Assembly: GCF_009914755.1 (NCBI RefSeq)
Contig: NC_060926.1
Length of the DNA: 64,000 nucleotides
Source of the DNA: the human T2T-CHM13v2.0 reference genome, Homo sapiens
Reading direction: 5' to 3' (one strand)
The translations under genes and the position numbers were made by a program. Below are positions 28,337-42,307 of this stretch, piece by piece; positions within the stretch are counted from its first letter, which is position 1; each line of letters begins with the position of its first letter. Below the pieces are notes generated by a model. That model searched no databases. It was not told the DNA's origin and worked only from the letters and a program-made list of their open reading frames with translations.

Positions 28337-30585
28337 ACATTTATATCTTTAATCCATCTTGAGTTAATTTTTGTATAAGGTGTAAGTACGGGGTCCAGTT
28401 TCCATTTTCTGTATATGGCTAGCCAGTTTTCCCAACACCATTTATTAATTAGGGAATCCTTTCCCCATTGCATCTTTTTGTCAGGTTTGTCGAAGATCAG
28501 ATGGTTGTAGATGTGCAGTCTTATTTCTGAGATCTCTAAACTGTTCCATTAGTCTATGTGTCTGTGTGTGCCATGCTGTTTGGTTACTGTAGCCTTGTAG
28601 TATAGTTTAAAGTCAGGTAACGTGATGCCTCCAGCTTTATTCTCTTCATTTAGGATTGTCTTAGCTATACAGATTCTTTTTTGGTTCCATATGAATTTTA
28701 AAATGGTTTTTTCTAATTCTGTAAAGAATGTCAATGGTAGTTTAATGGGAATAGTATTTAAACTATAAATTGCTTTGGGCAGTATGGCCATTTTCATGAT
28801 ATTGATTCTTCCTATCCATGAGCATGGAATGCTTTTTCATTTGTTTGTGTCCTTTCTTGTTTTCTTGAGCAATGGTTTGTAGTTCCCCTTGAAGAGGTCC
28901 TTCACTTCCCTCTTTAGCTGTATTCCTAGGTATTTTATTGTTTTTGTAGTAATTGTGAATGGGAGTTCATTCATGATTTGACTCTCTCCTTGTCTTTTGG
29001 TGGTGTATAGGAATGTTTCTGATTTCTGCACATTGATTTTGTATCTTGAGACTTTGCTGAAGTTGTTTATCAGCTTAAGAAGATTTTGGGCTGAGACATG
29101 GGGGTTTTCTAAATATAGGATCATGTCGTCTGCAAACAGAGACAGTTTGACTTCCTTTCTTCCTATTTGAATACCCCTTATTTCTTTCTCTTGCTCGTTT
29201 GCACTGACCAGAAATTCCAATACAATGTTGATTAGAAGTTGTGAGAGAGGGCATCTTTGTCTTGTGTCAGTTTTCAAGAAGAATTCTTCCAGCTTTTGCC
29301 CATTCTGTATAAGATTTGCTGTGCATTTATCATAAATGGCTCTTATGATTTTGAGATATGTTACATTAACACCTAGTTTATTGAGAGTTTTTAACGTAAA
29401 GGGATGCTGAATTTTATCAAAAGCTTTTTCTGCGTCTATTGAGATAATCACATAGTTTTTGTCTTTAGTTCTTTTTATGTGATGAATTACATTTATTGAT
29501 TTGTGTATGTTGATTTCACCTTGCATCCCAGGGATAAAGCCGACTTGATCCTGGTGGATAAGCTTTTTGATGTGCTGCTGCCTTTGGTTTGCCAGTATTT
29601 TATTGAGGATTTTTGCATCAGTGTTCATCCAGGATATTGACCTGAAGTTTTCTTTTTTTTGTTGTATCTCTGGTAGGTTTTGATGTCAGGATAATGCTGG
29701 CCCCATAAAATGAGTTAGGGAGAAGTCCCTCCTTTTCAATTGTTTGGAATCATTTCAGAAGAAATGGTACCAGCTCCCCTTTGTATCTCTAGGAGAATTC
29801 AGCTGTAATTCCATCTGGTCCTGGGCTTCTTTTGGTTGGTAGGCTATTTATTACTGCCTTACTTTCAGAACCTGTTTTTGGTCTATTTGGGAATTCAACT
29901 TCTTCCTGGTTTAGTCTTGGGAGGGTGTATGTGTCCAGGAATTTATCCATATTCTCTAGATTTTCTAGTTTGTTTGCATAGAGGTGTTTATAGTATACTC
30001 TGATGGTTGGTTGTATTTCTGTGGGGTCAGTGATGATATCCCCTTTATCATTTTTTATTGTGTCAATTTGATTATTTTCTCTTTTTTTTTTTATTAGTCT
30101 AGCTATCAGTCTATCTGTCTTATTATTTTTTTTCAAAAGACCAGCTCCTGGATTCATTGATTTTTTGAAGAGTTTTTTTGTGTCTTTAGCTCCTTCAGTT
30201 CTGCTTTGATCTTGGTTATTTCTTGTCTTCTGCTACCTTTTGGGTTTGTTGGCTCTTGGTTCTTTAGTTCTTCTAGTTGTGATGTTAGGGTGTCAATTTG
30301 AGCTCTTCCTAGCATTTTTATATGAGTATTTAGTGCTCTAAATTTCCCTCTTAACAATGCTTTAGCTGCATCCCAAAGATTCTGGTACATTGTCTCTTTG
30401 TTCATTTCTCAATTTTTTAAGTGGTGGTTTTATGCTTAGTAGAAACAGTAACAGCAAAAGAAATAAAAAAATATAACTTTGGTTTGTTTGTTTACTCATT
30501 CCTTATCTCAAGCCTACTCCAACAGCCTATGAAGATGGCAGTAAGAGTAAAGTTCAGCCATTTCTGTGATTTATCTATCCACATT

Positions 30586-30887
30586 TATTTTTTTTGTAGA
30601 CACTGTCATGCTCTGCTGCTCTGTCACCCATGCTTGAAAGCAGTGGTGTTATCGTGGTTCACTGCAGGCTCGACCTCCTGAACTCAAGAGATCCTCCCAC
30701 CTCAGCCTCCCAGATAGCTGGGTCTACAGGCGCACACTACCACACTTGGCTAATTTTTGTATTTTTTTGTTGAGATGTGGTTTTGCCATGTTACCTAGGC
30801 TAGTCTTGAATTCCTGGGCTCAAGCGATCCACCCACCTTGGCCTACGAAAGTGCTGGTATTACAGGTATAAGTCACCATTCCTGGCT
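30586..30887 (-). mobile_element. AluJ
   Basis: Diverged antisense Alu; TSD tatccacat. Confidence 0.88.
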
Positions 30888-32389
30888 TATCCACATATGT
30901 TTATAATAACGGTTATAAAAAACAAACAAACAAAAAAAACTGGAAAGTTAGGTCACTTACATTGACAAGAAATTGTGGGTATCTGTAAGATTTATAACTC
31001 AACGATATAAGATTTTTTAACCCATGAAGTTCTTTGGCCAATTAAATTTAACAAAGGAAATGGATTTTCAAGTGAAAAAGAAAAGAAAGAGGTTCTCTAT
31101 GGAGAATTTTACATTTTACCACCCATGTGAAGATTATAACTATGTATGAGAGTCATTTTTGAAGTTGAAATAATTGAAACACAAGAGCACGGATTAAAGT
31201 ACCAAATCAGACCTGGGGCAGGTAAGTGTCAAATCTTTTTTCTTTTGTATTTGGTTCAAAAAATTCTATCTTTCTAGACTAAAATTACAAGGTGGTTCCA
31301 ATTTGCACATCAGATCCTTGAACACTCAGGTCCCCAATCTCAAAATAACCTCACATTTGAAACATACGTCCTTAAGCTCTGAAGTGAAAATGGTGGAGAA
31401 AAACCTATAAAACAGAAAGGATAGAACACTCAGAGGTGAAGCAGGCTTCCAACTTAAAAATTCCCAGTTCTAGGGTCATTTTAAAAATTTTAATTCATTT
31501 TAAATGGGTTATTGTATTCAAATAAAGTTTGCATGCCATCTGTTTTCAAAGTCATTTAAATTAAGTTTTATGACTCATGAGGAAGAGAGGCCATTTTTAA
31601 CACATTATAGTCTGCTTATTACTATCATTAACTAATTAAAATTAATTATTAAGAGTGATTCCTTTTGCTCTCAAATCTTCTAGATCATTTATCAAAGAAT
31701 GACATGACTTTCTCTTCCTTCCTTGGAATACTGAAGTCACAGTCATATGACTTTTGGGTAGATGCTATTGAAATGATGATTTTAGTCAGATGTTTAACAG
31801 TAACGCTGTCTAAAAGCTACATTTAACCAAGAGAGCAGTATTTTTGAAACAGCAGGCAGTATAAAACTGCTTTGTGAATATTAACATATTCTAGCAAATT
31901 AGTTTGCACTCATTATCATAAGCAATTGCTTACTGTTTAGATGCAGCTTGTATTAAATTGGCAAGCAATTTGCAAGAATTAAAACATAACATGGAGAGCT
32001 TTCTGAAAACTCAGCAATATCCTGGGAGAAATGATGCTACTAGGTTCACAGACCATGTACCAAACGTTTTTACCCATTAAACATATTTAGCATTAGAACA
32101 ATAGTTGGTTGGCTACATAGGTTTTTAATGTAAGATCATTTTCTAACCGCTGTTTGGACACCATCAACAGAATTTTATATATCAGACATTTAAAGACTTT
32201 GTTTTAAAAAGCCTGAGGAGAAAGTAGGAAGGCTTTGTTTTCTAAAAATGAACTAGCTATCAATTTGACTAAATTTTGGTACTTCAATAACCTATTGCAT
32301 TGTCTTGAGTTACTTTATGCTACCCAATTTGTCCCTTTCACAAAGTTTCTGTTGTCTTGATCATTCTTTCCATTTATTCCTGAGTTGGA

Positions 32390-32795
32390 TTCTGCTGATG
32401 TTTACCCCTATCCACTTTACTTTCTTTAATAACAGAACTTTTGAGTGTCAGCTGAGCAGATAGATAACTGCGTAGAGCCTACATTTCCCATTCTCTTTTA
32501 CAGCTTGAAGGGTCTATTGACTAACTTCTGGCCAATGAGAGATGAGCAAAAATGATGTGTGTTTATTCTAGTTCAGATCCTGAAATGTGTCTGCATTCTC
32601 CTGCCCATTTCCCTCTTTCTTGCCTAGTGATGACAAAATTGAATCAGCTGCTTCAGACTTCGAGATGGAAGCCAAAGGTTGAGAACTGTACAATCCTATC
32701 CTAGGACGACTGAAATGTGACTATTATGTGAGAAAAAAGAATCTTATACTGTGTTGAGAGATGAGTATTTCTGGGTCTCATATTGACAGCAAAGG
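32390..32795. mobile_element. MLT1-type MaLR LTR (old)
   Basis: ctacatttccca...actaacttctggccaatgagagatgagca motif. Confidence 0.6.
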
Positions 32796-33029
32796 GTGTT
32801 TATCCAGGCTTTGAAAAAAATGACCTAACATTTCCATGTATTTTTTTAACCTTATGAGGCAAGTAAATTTGATAGAGAAGCTATTATTATCTCCATTTTA
32901 TGGATTTAAAAGAGATTAATATTCAAAGAGCTAAAATTATTTGTCCATGGTCACAAAGTAATGTAAAACTTTTTCTGTCAAAACCTTCCACAGGAGGCTA
33001 CTGATAATCTATTACCTTTTTAATAGTAA

Positions 33030-33415
33030 ACTGAGGTTACCTACCCTGAATAATTCTATGGGAGGTCACATGTATTTATGGATTTCCCCATTCTGCAATT
33101 CTTTGCTCCTTAAGAAAACAAAATTTGCAAAACACAGTAAAGGATATTGCTTGTAATATGAAACAAAGTTAAAATAACTGACCCACACAAGCCCCTCAGC
33201 TTGAATAGACAGCATTTACTTTAGAAAACTTTTAAATACTTTCTCCACCTTTTGAGATTTAAATCTTCTCCCAGCTTTTTGCCAGATTTACGGCTTGAAA
33301 ATGTCTTTCTCAAGGGCCTAGGAGTCATCTATTTGAAATGTAATCATCAAGGAAGACAGTGCTCTGTCTACCAGTATCTGAAAGGGTAAGAGCCTAACCT
33401 CTGGAAGTGCCAACG
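33030..33415. mobile_element. ERV1 LTR fragment (MER34/MER39-like)
   Basis: ctcaagggcctaggagtcatctatttgaaatgtaatcatcaaggaaga...gagcctaac. Confidence 0.6.
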
Positions 33416-33664
33416 AGTAATTTTTTCTGTACTATACATATAATAAAGGACTAATTAATGGGAAGTTGGATAATAAAGAAAAGTGTAATGTATTAAAATC
33501 TGTACATCAGCAAAGAAAGATAATTTAAAGAGTATCGTTAAAGTGCTACAGAGTACTGAGAAAAGAGACTATCCAAAAACAAATCTAGTAGCTAGTTTTA
33601 TGGTTTTTCAAATGATAAAATTAAAATATAAAACAAAAAATTTAAATTTTTTATTGATAAAGTA

Positions 33665-35105
33665 TCTGCACAATTTTTTTTTGGTTTCCCAGTGCATATA
33701 AAGGTTGTTTATACTATAATGTAGTCTATTTAAGTATGCAACAGCATTATGTCTGAAACAAACAATGTATATAACTTAATTAAAAAATACTTTATTGCTA
33801 AATCATCTGAGCCTTTAGCAAGCTGTAATATTTTTGATGGTGGAGGATCTTGCTTCATTGTTGATGGGTGCTTACTGATTAGGGTGGTGGCTGCTGAAGG
33901 TTGAGGTGGCTGTGGCAATTTCTTAAAACAAGACAACAGTGCAGTTTGCTGCATCAAATGACTCTACACAAAAGTTTTCTCCATAGCATACAATGCTGTT
34001 TGATAGCATTTTAACCACAATAGACTTCTTTCAAAATTTGAGTCAATCCTCTCAAACCCTGCTGCTGCTTTTTCAACTAAGTTTATGTAATATTCTACAT
34101 CCATTGTTGTCATTTCAACAATGTTCACAGCATCTTCATCAGGAGTACATTTCATCTCATGAAACCACATTTTTCATTCATCCATAAGAAGCAACTTCTC
34201 ATTTGTTCAAGTTTTATCATGAGATTGCAGCAATTCAGTCACATGTCCAGGCTTCACTCCTAGTTTTAGTTCTCTTGCTATTTCTACCACATCTGTAGTT
34301 ACCTCCTCCACTGAAGTCTTGAGCCTGTCAAAGTCATCTATGAAGGTTGAAATCAATTTCTTCCAAATTCCTATTAGCACTGATATTTTTACCGTCTTCC
34401 CTGAGTCACAGATGTTCTTAATGGCATCTAGAATGGTAAATCCTTTCCAGAAGGTTTTCAATGTACTTTGTCTAGATACATCATAGGAATCACTATCTAT
34501 GGCAGTTATAACTTTATAAAATGTATTTCTTAAATAAGGCTTGAAAGTTGAAATTACTCCTTCCTTGGGTTATAAAATAGAAGTGTTATCAAGGATAAAA
34601 TTATATTAATCCCCATGTATATCTCCATCATTGGGTGACAGGTGCATTGTCAATGAGCAGTAATAATTTGAAAAGAATCTCTATTTCTAAGCAGTAGGTC
34701 TCAATATTGGGCTCAAAGTGTTCAGTAAATCATGCTGTAAACAGCATGTCATTCACTCTTTGCTGTTTCATTTATAGAGCACAGGCAAAGCACATTTAGC
34801 ATAATTATTAAGGACCCTAGGATTTTTAGAATGGTTAATAAGCATTGGCTTCAACTTAAATTCACCAGCTGCATTAGCCCCTAAAAGAGAGTCAGCCTGT
34901 CTTTTGCACCTCTGAAAACAGGCATTGACTTTTCTCCTTTTCAGCTGTGAAAGAAGAAGATACCTACATGGCATCTTCTTCAAAAACTATATAAAGCTGT
35001 TTTGTCTACACTGAAAATCTATTGAGTATAGTCAACTTTATCAAATTTTAGCTAAATTTTTTTTTATAACTTGCTGCAGCTTCTACATCAGGACTGTTGC
35101 TTCAA
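33665..35105 (-). mobile_element. Tigger1 (TcMar/pogo) DNA transposon remnant with broken, internally deleted transposase
   Basis: ORF pieces [16 protein letters not shown]...[35 protein letters not shown] and VNIVEMTT...[15 protein letters not shown] are Tigger1-like. Confidence 0.92.
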
Positions 35106-38100
35106 CTGACCTGGAAGGGGAGTAGAAGATGTGCCATTCACTCAGATAGGAAACATCAGAGAAGAAACATGATGCTTAAGTAATATAAGGGGTTTGTTAT
35201 GTTAGAATTTAGCTACCTTCCTCCAGGTAAGCATACCACATCATCTCTACATTCCTACTTAGCATACTGAAGTGTACATGGAAGACTTTTTTTTAGTATC
35301 CTGCTAATTAATCAAGTAAATAATTAAGAAGACATCTTCAAATGAAAACTCTGCCCTCTTTTGTAGATTTTTGCCAAACTCAAAGTTATAAACACAATTA
35401 ACTCCTCATCTCTTTTAAAATATTCTCCAAATGTAATATTTAGCTTTCAATAATACCTTTCCATGAAACACACATGAATTGGCTTTATCTGAATATTTGC
35501 AGTGTTCCCCTTTTTTCCAAAAATGTTAAGAAATCATTTTATGAAACAGGTTTCACTATACTATATTGTCCCAGGATGTCATTTGCATGTTTACTATTTG
35601 GTTTTCTAAATACATTTATCGGTACAAGTTATTGTACTTAGTTGATCTGCTTCCTCTACTCATCAAGGTGGTTTATCATTTGTGGTGCATAGGTGAGCAA
35701 TAGGATCTAGTGTAACGCGGGCTTAGGTTCAAACCCCTGCATGTATAGATGAAATTGGGTTATCTGCACTTCTTGTACCTTTCAATAGTGGGAGGAGAGA
35801 AGGAAATCCATCACTACTGGAAAATATGCTCTGTACTCTATCAACTCTGTTGAACCTCAGCATAAAATATTTTAAAGCATTTCCCTAACAAACAACTCTA
35901 GTTAGACAATCTGTATCATAACCACTACTTTTATCTATGAGACCCCTCTGTCTCTTAGAACATAGTGGTCATGGGTACTGGTAGCCCATATGATGCCTTT
36001 AGGAAAATAGAAAAAAAGCAAATCTCCAAAACCCTCTACTTCTGCCTATTGAAAATTTTCATGATTTTTGTCAGAACAAGACATTTGCTTGATATTTCCT
36101 AGAAAATTGTCATATTAAATATGCAACTCCATTGTGAAAACAGTATAAATGGTGCCACCTTAACAAGTGTACAACTTGCACAAACATCCATGGCATCCTT
36201 TTAGTAAGATGTAGGAAATGATTAGGTTTTGGGTTAAGACGGAGACTCAACACATTTGGACCCTGTTGTTCTATTGGAATACAACCACACTCCTCAGAGG
36301 GAGAAAATGCAAGAGACACACAAAAGAACCATAATTCCTATTCAATCACTTTTTTTAATGCAAAGCAAACACCGATGACAAAAGAAGTTCAAGCTTTTTT
36401 TTTTTCCGTTTTTTTTTTTTTTTTGAAAGAAGCCGTCTTACAGAGTTGAAATAAGATTAGTCACAGACCTAACCTGTAGAAATGAAATTTCTGAAAAGGA
36501 AGACAGTATCAGAGCAGTGTTAATCCAAGATGTATGAAGAACTAAACCATAGCAGCTTAAGCCATATATTTGAAGCACAGATTTCAGCAAGACAAAACTG
36601 TGACTTGAAAAACGAGACACTCAAAATCCTCAGGAGATCAGTCTCTTCTCCTGTTCCTCTACGGCTCCTCCAAAGTACAGATTCAATTTTGAGTCAGGTT
36701 AAATTGGGGACTGAAGTGGGAATATATGGTTAATGAATTTTGTACAGTCTTCCTTCTTTTCAATTGAAAAAGAACAGAGAAAAAAAATCCCTCAAAAAGA
36801 CTTCATGGGTTTTACTAAGTCTTTCCAACATTTCCCCCCAGATTGATTTCAGATCATGTAGAGACAACCAGACTGCTAATTAAACTATTAACTCTTTCTT
36901 CTAAATTGCAAATCTTTGAGCATTTACACTGTAGAAGCCACCTCACTAACTCTGAAGCCCCGAGGAATATAGACTTTCCATAGATTGGGAGGGAAGTAAC
37001 ATACACATTACCCTAGGCCAAATTTGACCCTGAAAATGAAGTCATATGCACTAACTCTCAAAATATTTAATTATTTTTCCCAGACTTTGCTTAACAAGTG
37101 TATATAACAAGGAAAGCCTCTAAGGTACGCTCAGAGAGATTCATTTTCTCCTGGAGTTAAATTGAAAGGTGACACAATGAAAGCTCTGTTATGATTCTTT
37201 TGAAAGCAGCAAGATTATGTTCTCAGCCAATGTAATGTATAGCTGACACAGAATAAAGTGTTGGCCAAAACAGAGGAAATGTGCTGAAGTCCAAAGCCTC
37301 CATAGACTTAAGTCACAAGACATAAATATACTTATGGAACTCTAATGCCCTAGGTTATTGTATAAAAGTGATATGTGTGTTAAATTTTTAAATAAACCAA
37401 CCAAAACAGTGTAGCAAATTCAGCTCCAAAATAGATTCCTTTAATTTTGAAAGATATGTTAACAATATAGAAATATGTAAAAATACTATTTCTTTTATAT
37501 AAAGTGAATTCTTTACCTCTTCCATCAGAGCAGTGTCTACACTCTAAATTCATTAATAAATTCTCCTTGTCCTATGTGAAAATGAGTAAAAAATAAGATT
37601 GCAAATGTGGAAGTTCTCAACCTTGAATCAGGAAACTATAGATCTAGTCCTAATTCCTTGCTTTGTGACTTTGCCAAAGTTATTGAAACTATACAATAAT
37701 CCTCATTTTCTTCTTCTGAAAATAAAGGAGTTTTTCCAGGTAATTTATATGGGCATCTCCAGCTCTATTCTGAGTTTAAAATGTCACTCCACCAAAGCTG
37801 GCGTTAACCTTGAACTTGATTCCAGAGTACACTGAGCATGAAGTAGAAAGTAAAATTTATCAGTGAGGCAATTCAGCAGACAACATGCAATGACTTCTTT
37901 GGTTTATATTTATTTCATTCTTATTTGACTTTCAACAAAATTGCACAGAATGTTTTCTGTATTTTATGGCTGTGAAACAACACAGTAGAGGACATTTTAT
38001 TTTGCCTAGCAATTCTTTCTATGATTAAAATTAAGACATAAATACAGAAGAATTGAATAGTGTATGGGATAAGCACTGCTAGCAGTTAACTTTTTAATTT

Positions 38101-38924
38101 TCTAAAATCATATACCCTACATGGCTGTTCTAGCAACTCCACCCAAAATCAATATAATACAAAATCCATAGAAATAGTAGTCTAAAACCAGTTCCAGGTT
38201 TATTAGAACCTAGTTATGTAATTACTGAGGTCTTCTCTTTTTAAATCTATAATTACTACTGTTATACTAAAAAGGTTGGGTTAAATGTTATTAGGCAAAA
38301 CCACCCTGGCTGATTTGTTTTGTGAATACATGTTAAGATAATTCCTACTTAGAAGAACAGAATCATTCCAAGCTGAAATTCTTATGAGCCTTAGTAGGTT
38401 CTATTGTCATAAATATGACTCAGATCCAGAAAGGGATTCATTACCCTATTCTAGCAGTCAATTTTAGTTGTGAAAATATAAGGAAAAGTCAAAGCATATT
38501 CTCTACAGATGTAGCTGCAGTGGTGTCATTTTCCTCCATGCTTCTGGTTGAGAAAAACCAGGCATCGCCTCAATGGTCCACAGATTATTAATTCCCATTG
38601 TAAGATAATCCTGCCAATGTTCACCAAAATTATAGCCATTTCTTCTTTTGCATGTGTTCTTATGTGTTGGAGTTTTTGGCAAAGAATTTAAAGTCCTTCA
38701 TAGATACCCAGTTAAATAATCCTATTACTCATTCCCTGGTAGATTAATACCTTTTGAAATGCCCTTAGACCTTTCACATCATGGAATAGAAACTCATGTT
38801 TTCTTCTGAGTTACATGACAGTACTCCACACACTGGCTGAATTTTGTCTATCATCTCACTTTTTCTTTAAAGCACTAATTGGAGACTACATGGCAAGGTG
38901 ATGATCATTTTTACCAAGAGGAAA

Positions 38925-38925
38925 A

Positions 38926-38957
<32 letters not shown>

Positions 38958-38963
38958 TACACA
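38925..38963 (+). repeat. (CA)n microsatellite, read as (UG)n in NRXN1 pre-mRNA
   Basis: Directly visible, about 19 units with 2 interruptions. Confidence 0.95.
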
Positions 38964-41600
38964 AACAGCAAATGACCTGTTCAGTGTCATAAAGTTGGTG
39001 AGCAGGAGGAACACATAGGTGTTCCTTCTGTTATTTATTCCTCAGATTTGAAAGTTCTGCCCTTCATATAACTGTCCCATACTGAAGCAGTAGAACCAAT
39101 GTACTTATGGTAAGGTGGCACTGTGTGTACTCTCAACAAATGTTAATTAAATGGACTTAGGGCAATCTCCCCTCTCACCTATTTGAGAGGTCCAAATGAC
39201 ACAAATTATTATTTTTATATAGGTAGCTATTAAGTCTTCAAACACATATGAACAATTCTGATTGGGATCATTCATATGTTATATATAACAAATAGGCTTA
39301 ATTACAGTTGGTCATTAAATAATATATCTACTGCAGAAACTGTGGAAAGTACAAAATTAAAAACATAGGGACTTAAAACAGGTGAGAAAATTTTTAAGTG
39401 ATTTGACCACTGAAGGTGAAGGAAAATAAATAAAGAGAAGAATAAAAACAATAAGAACAATAACATTGGTTCAAGAAATCAGAGTATGCATCCTTTTAGA
39501 GGTCTCCAAGCTGTCTGTGCCTTCCATCTTAACACCTAGTTCAATAACACGCCTGTTTAGAGGGTGGCAGCTACATTCAAAGGAGTCAACATAACTTTGT
39601 ATCACTCTATTGATTGGCTATTTGGCTTGGGACCAGCATAGACCAGAATTGGTCTAGAGGTTGCTCTCTTGCTTTGGAGATCATTTAGCAAGTGACATCG
39701 TGTGAAATCAATGGCCTGTTACTGCTTTCATCATTCTCAAGTTCAGTATCATAAGGGTCCTTAAGATTTAATGAACCTAGTCTGTTGAGTGAAGCTTTCA
39801 ACCTGCTATATTTCTTCTAACATACCAAAATGGCTTGTATGGGAAATGATTACTATCTTATGCAGTAGGACTGTGCAATCTAAGACTTATCAATTAAGGA
39901 TAATACGGCAGTAAGATAAACATTTAAATTAGTTTTTCAATAAGATGTGTATTTATATATTTTCCTTAAAGAAAAACAGTGAAACAGCTCTCTACTGGCT
40001 AAAAAAAAAGAAACAAAGAAAATCAGTCACAATTGAACGCACACATACGCACATAGAAACAGAATAGATAACATTGTAGAACAGTCGCTAGGTCTCTGGA
40101 GATTCATTAACATTTCATATCCAAGGAGACTAGCCATTCATTCCTTCTAAAACAGAAAGCATTTTCAAAGCAATATCCATGTACAGGTAAACGACAAAGC
40201 AATCATTTTGAAAGAAGGTAAATTACGGTCAGATGGGTAGAGAAACAAGGAGGAAATGTCAGACATTCTCATCAGCAGAAAGAGGCAACAAACAGCAAAA
40301 TATATATCATATATATGTTAAATATATGTATTATATATCTATGTATAATAAATCAATGCAAGAGGTGAATGAGAAGTAGGCTGTCATGTTCTCCAGCACA
40401 AGGATGATCTCCCTAAGTGGTACAATGAAATGAAGAAACTCCCCCAGAACATTATAACACAGTTATATGTCAATTTTCTTAACAGATTTTTGAGTGTTCT
40501 GTACACACGGCAGGAAGAACATTGTGGAAACATTTCAGTAAAGAGTTATAATCTAGGCCTCTGTCTTTTGGAGACAAGAAGTGGGAATAAGACCATGAGT
40601 CTCATATCAAGACCACACATCTATTTTCTTTGGAATAATGTCATCACTAGGACCAGCAGAAGCTTGACTAATCACATGTGAAATTAAGTCAGGGGTCCTA
40701 GATTTTTTCAAGAAAACAACAATAACAAAATAGGAGTTTAAAATAATTGATGGGTATAGCGCCCAAAGCATTAATTACATGTAGAAAGGTTTTTTAAAGA
40801 AAACCTTTAAAATTTCCAGATGCCAGAAAATTCTTTTTTTCCAAAAACATTTGATATGGGAGTTTAATAGTATCATATGAAGAAGTATAGAAACTTCTCC
40901 ATTTCTGGGGGACTTTTCATAGAGATAGGCCAACTCACCAATTCTAGGTTTCCTCATGGTGGGAATATATTTGCTTACTGGTAAAAAAGTCTTGGGCAAG
41001 GACAACAAACACCGAAAAAAAATGTGTTCTCTGATCTGATCTTGAATTCCCAGAAACAAGCAACTTCCTGTTAATTAATCCTAGCAAGGCCAGAGACTCA
41101 GGAAAGGGCAGCTCTTTTCTACGTGAGATTAAAACTCTCTCTACATATATTATAGGTGCACCATCAGAAGAGACTGGTCTAAGGGCTTATCATAAAGAGG
41201 GGAGAGTAACTGCACTGCTAATCTCTCCAACAAAAGTGCTACTGTGATTACATCATGACACTATAAAGACCTGGATAAGTGTTACTGTATTACCACATGA
41301 GTTACTAGTTCCTGGACAGAATGCCCAAGACTGTTTCTGATTCATTTTTGTGAAACTACTTCCAATAGCAACGAACAAAGAAGAAAAATACAGAAACCAA
41401 AAGCAAGACATAGCACAATTCTTCAGGTACCAATTTACTTTATCAAGTTTTCACCTTATAAAAACAGAGGTGATATTTGGACACAAGACCAGAAAAAGTC
41501 ATCTTCCGAGCATATGTCCTCCTCACCACACTCATTCACACTTAAGCAAATACATTTCACCCAGGGTTCTTGGAAGCCAGCATTCCACATTTAGAAATAA

Positions 41601-42050
<450 letters not shown>

Positions 42051-42129
42051 GAGGATCAATTTTGAGATCACTTGACTCCAGTTTTTCCAAGAACCACCCT
42101 GAAATGGACAGTGTGAATTCAACATAACT

Positions 42130-42307
42130 AAATATATATTATATACTATAAATGTATATATAATGTTTATAAATTTTTATATATGCATTATATTTTATTA
42201 TAATTATATATTATGATATAACTCTATAATATATATAATTTTTATATATTTAGTTACATATAAAATATATTTATATATGTATATAAATATACACACACAC
42301 ACACACA
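42130..42307. repeat. AT-rich low-complexity tract ending in (CA)n
   Basis: Directly visible. Confidence 0.85.

Larger units (their letters stand above)
26566..30401 (-). mobile_element. 5'-truncated primate L1 (older L1PA, roughly PA8-PA11) with decayed ORF2
   Basis: ORF2 fragments 30154-30405, 29789-30157, 28837-29628 (RT motif [14 protein letters not shown]), 28549-28797 and 27144-27506 ([11 protein letters not shown]); 3' UTR to about 26570; TSD tcatttctca at 26556-26565 and 30402-30411. Confidence 0.95.

Noticed and set aside
28837-29628. Reverse transcriptase ORF as an active or novel RT system
   Set aside because: Frameshifted fragment of a 5'-truncated L1 ORF2 that is also interrupted by an Alu.
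33730-34983. Transposase ORFs as a domesticated TIGD-like gene
   Set aside because: Fragmented across frames with stops and an internal deletion; an ordinary Tigger1 fossil.
35212-35232. Recursive-splice-like motif ccttcctccag|gtaagc
   Set aside because: It is on the plus strand, antisense to NRXN1, and there is no evidence of a plus-strand transcript.
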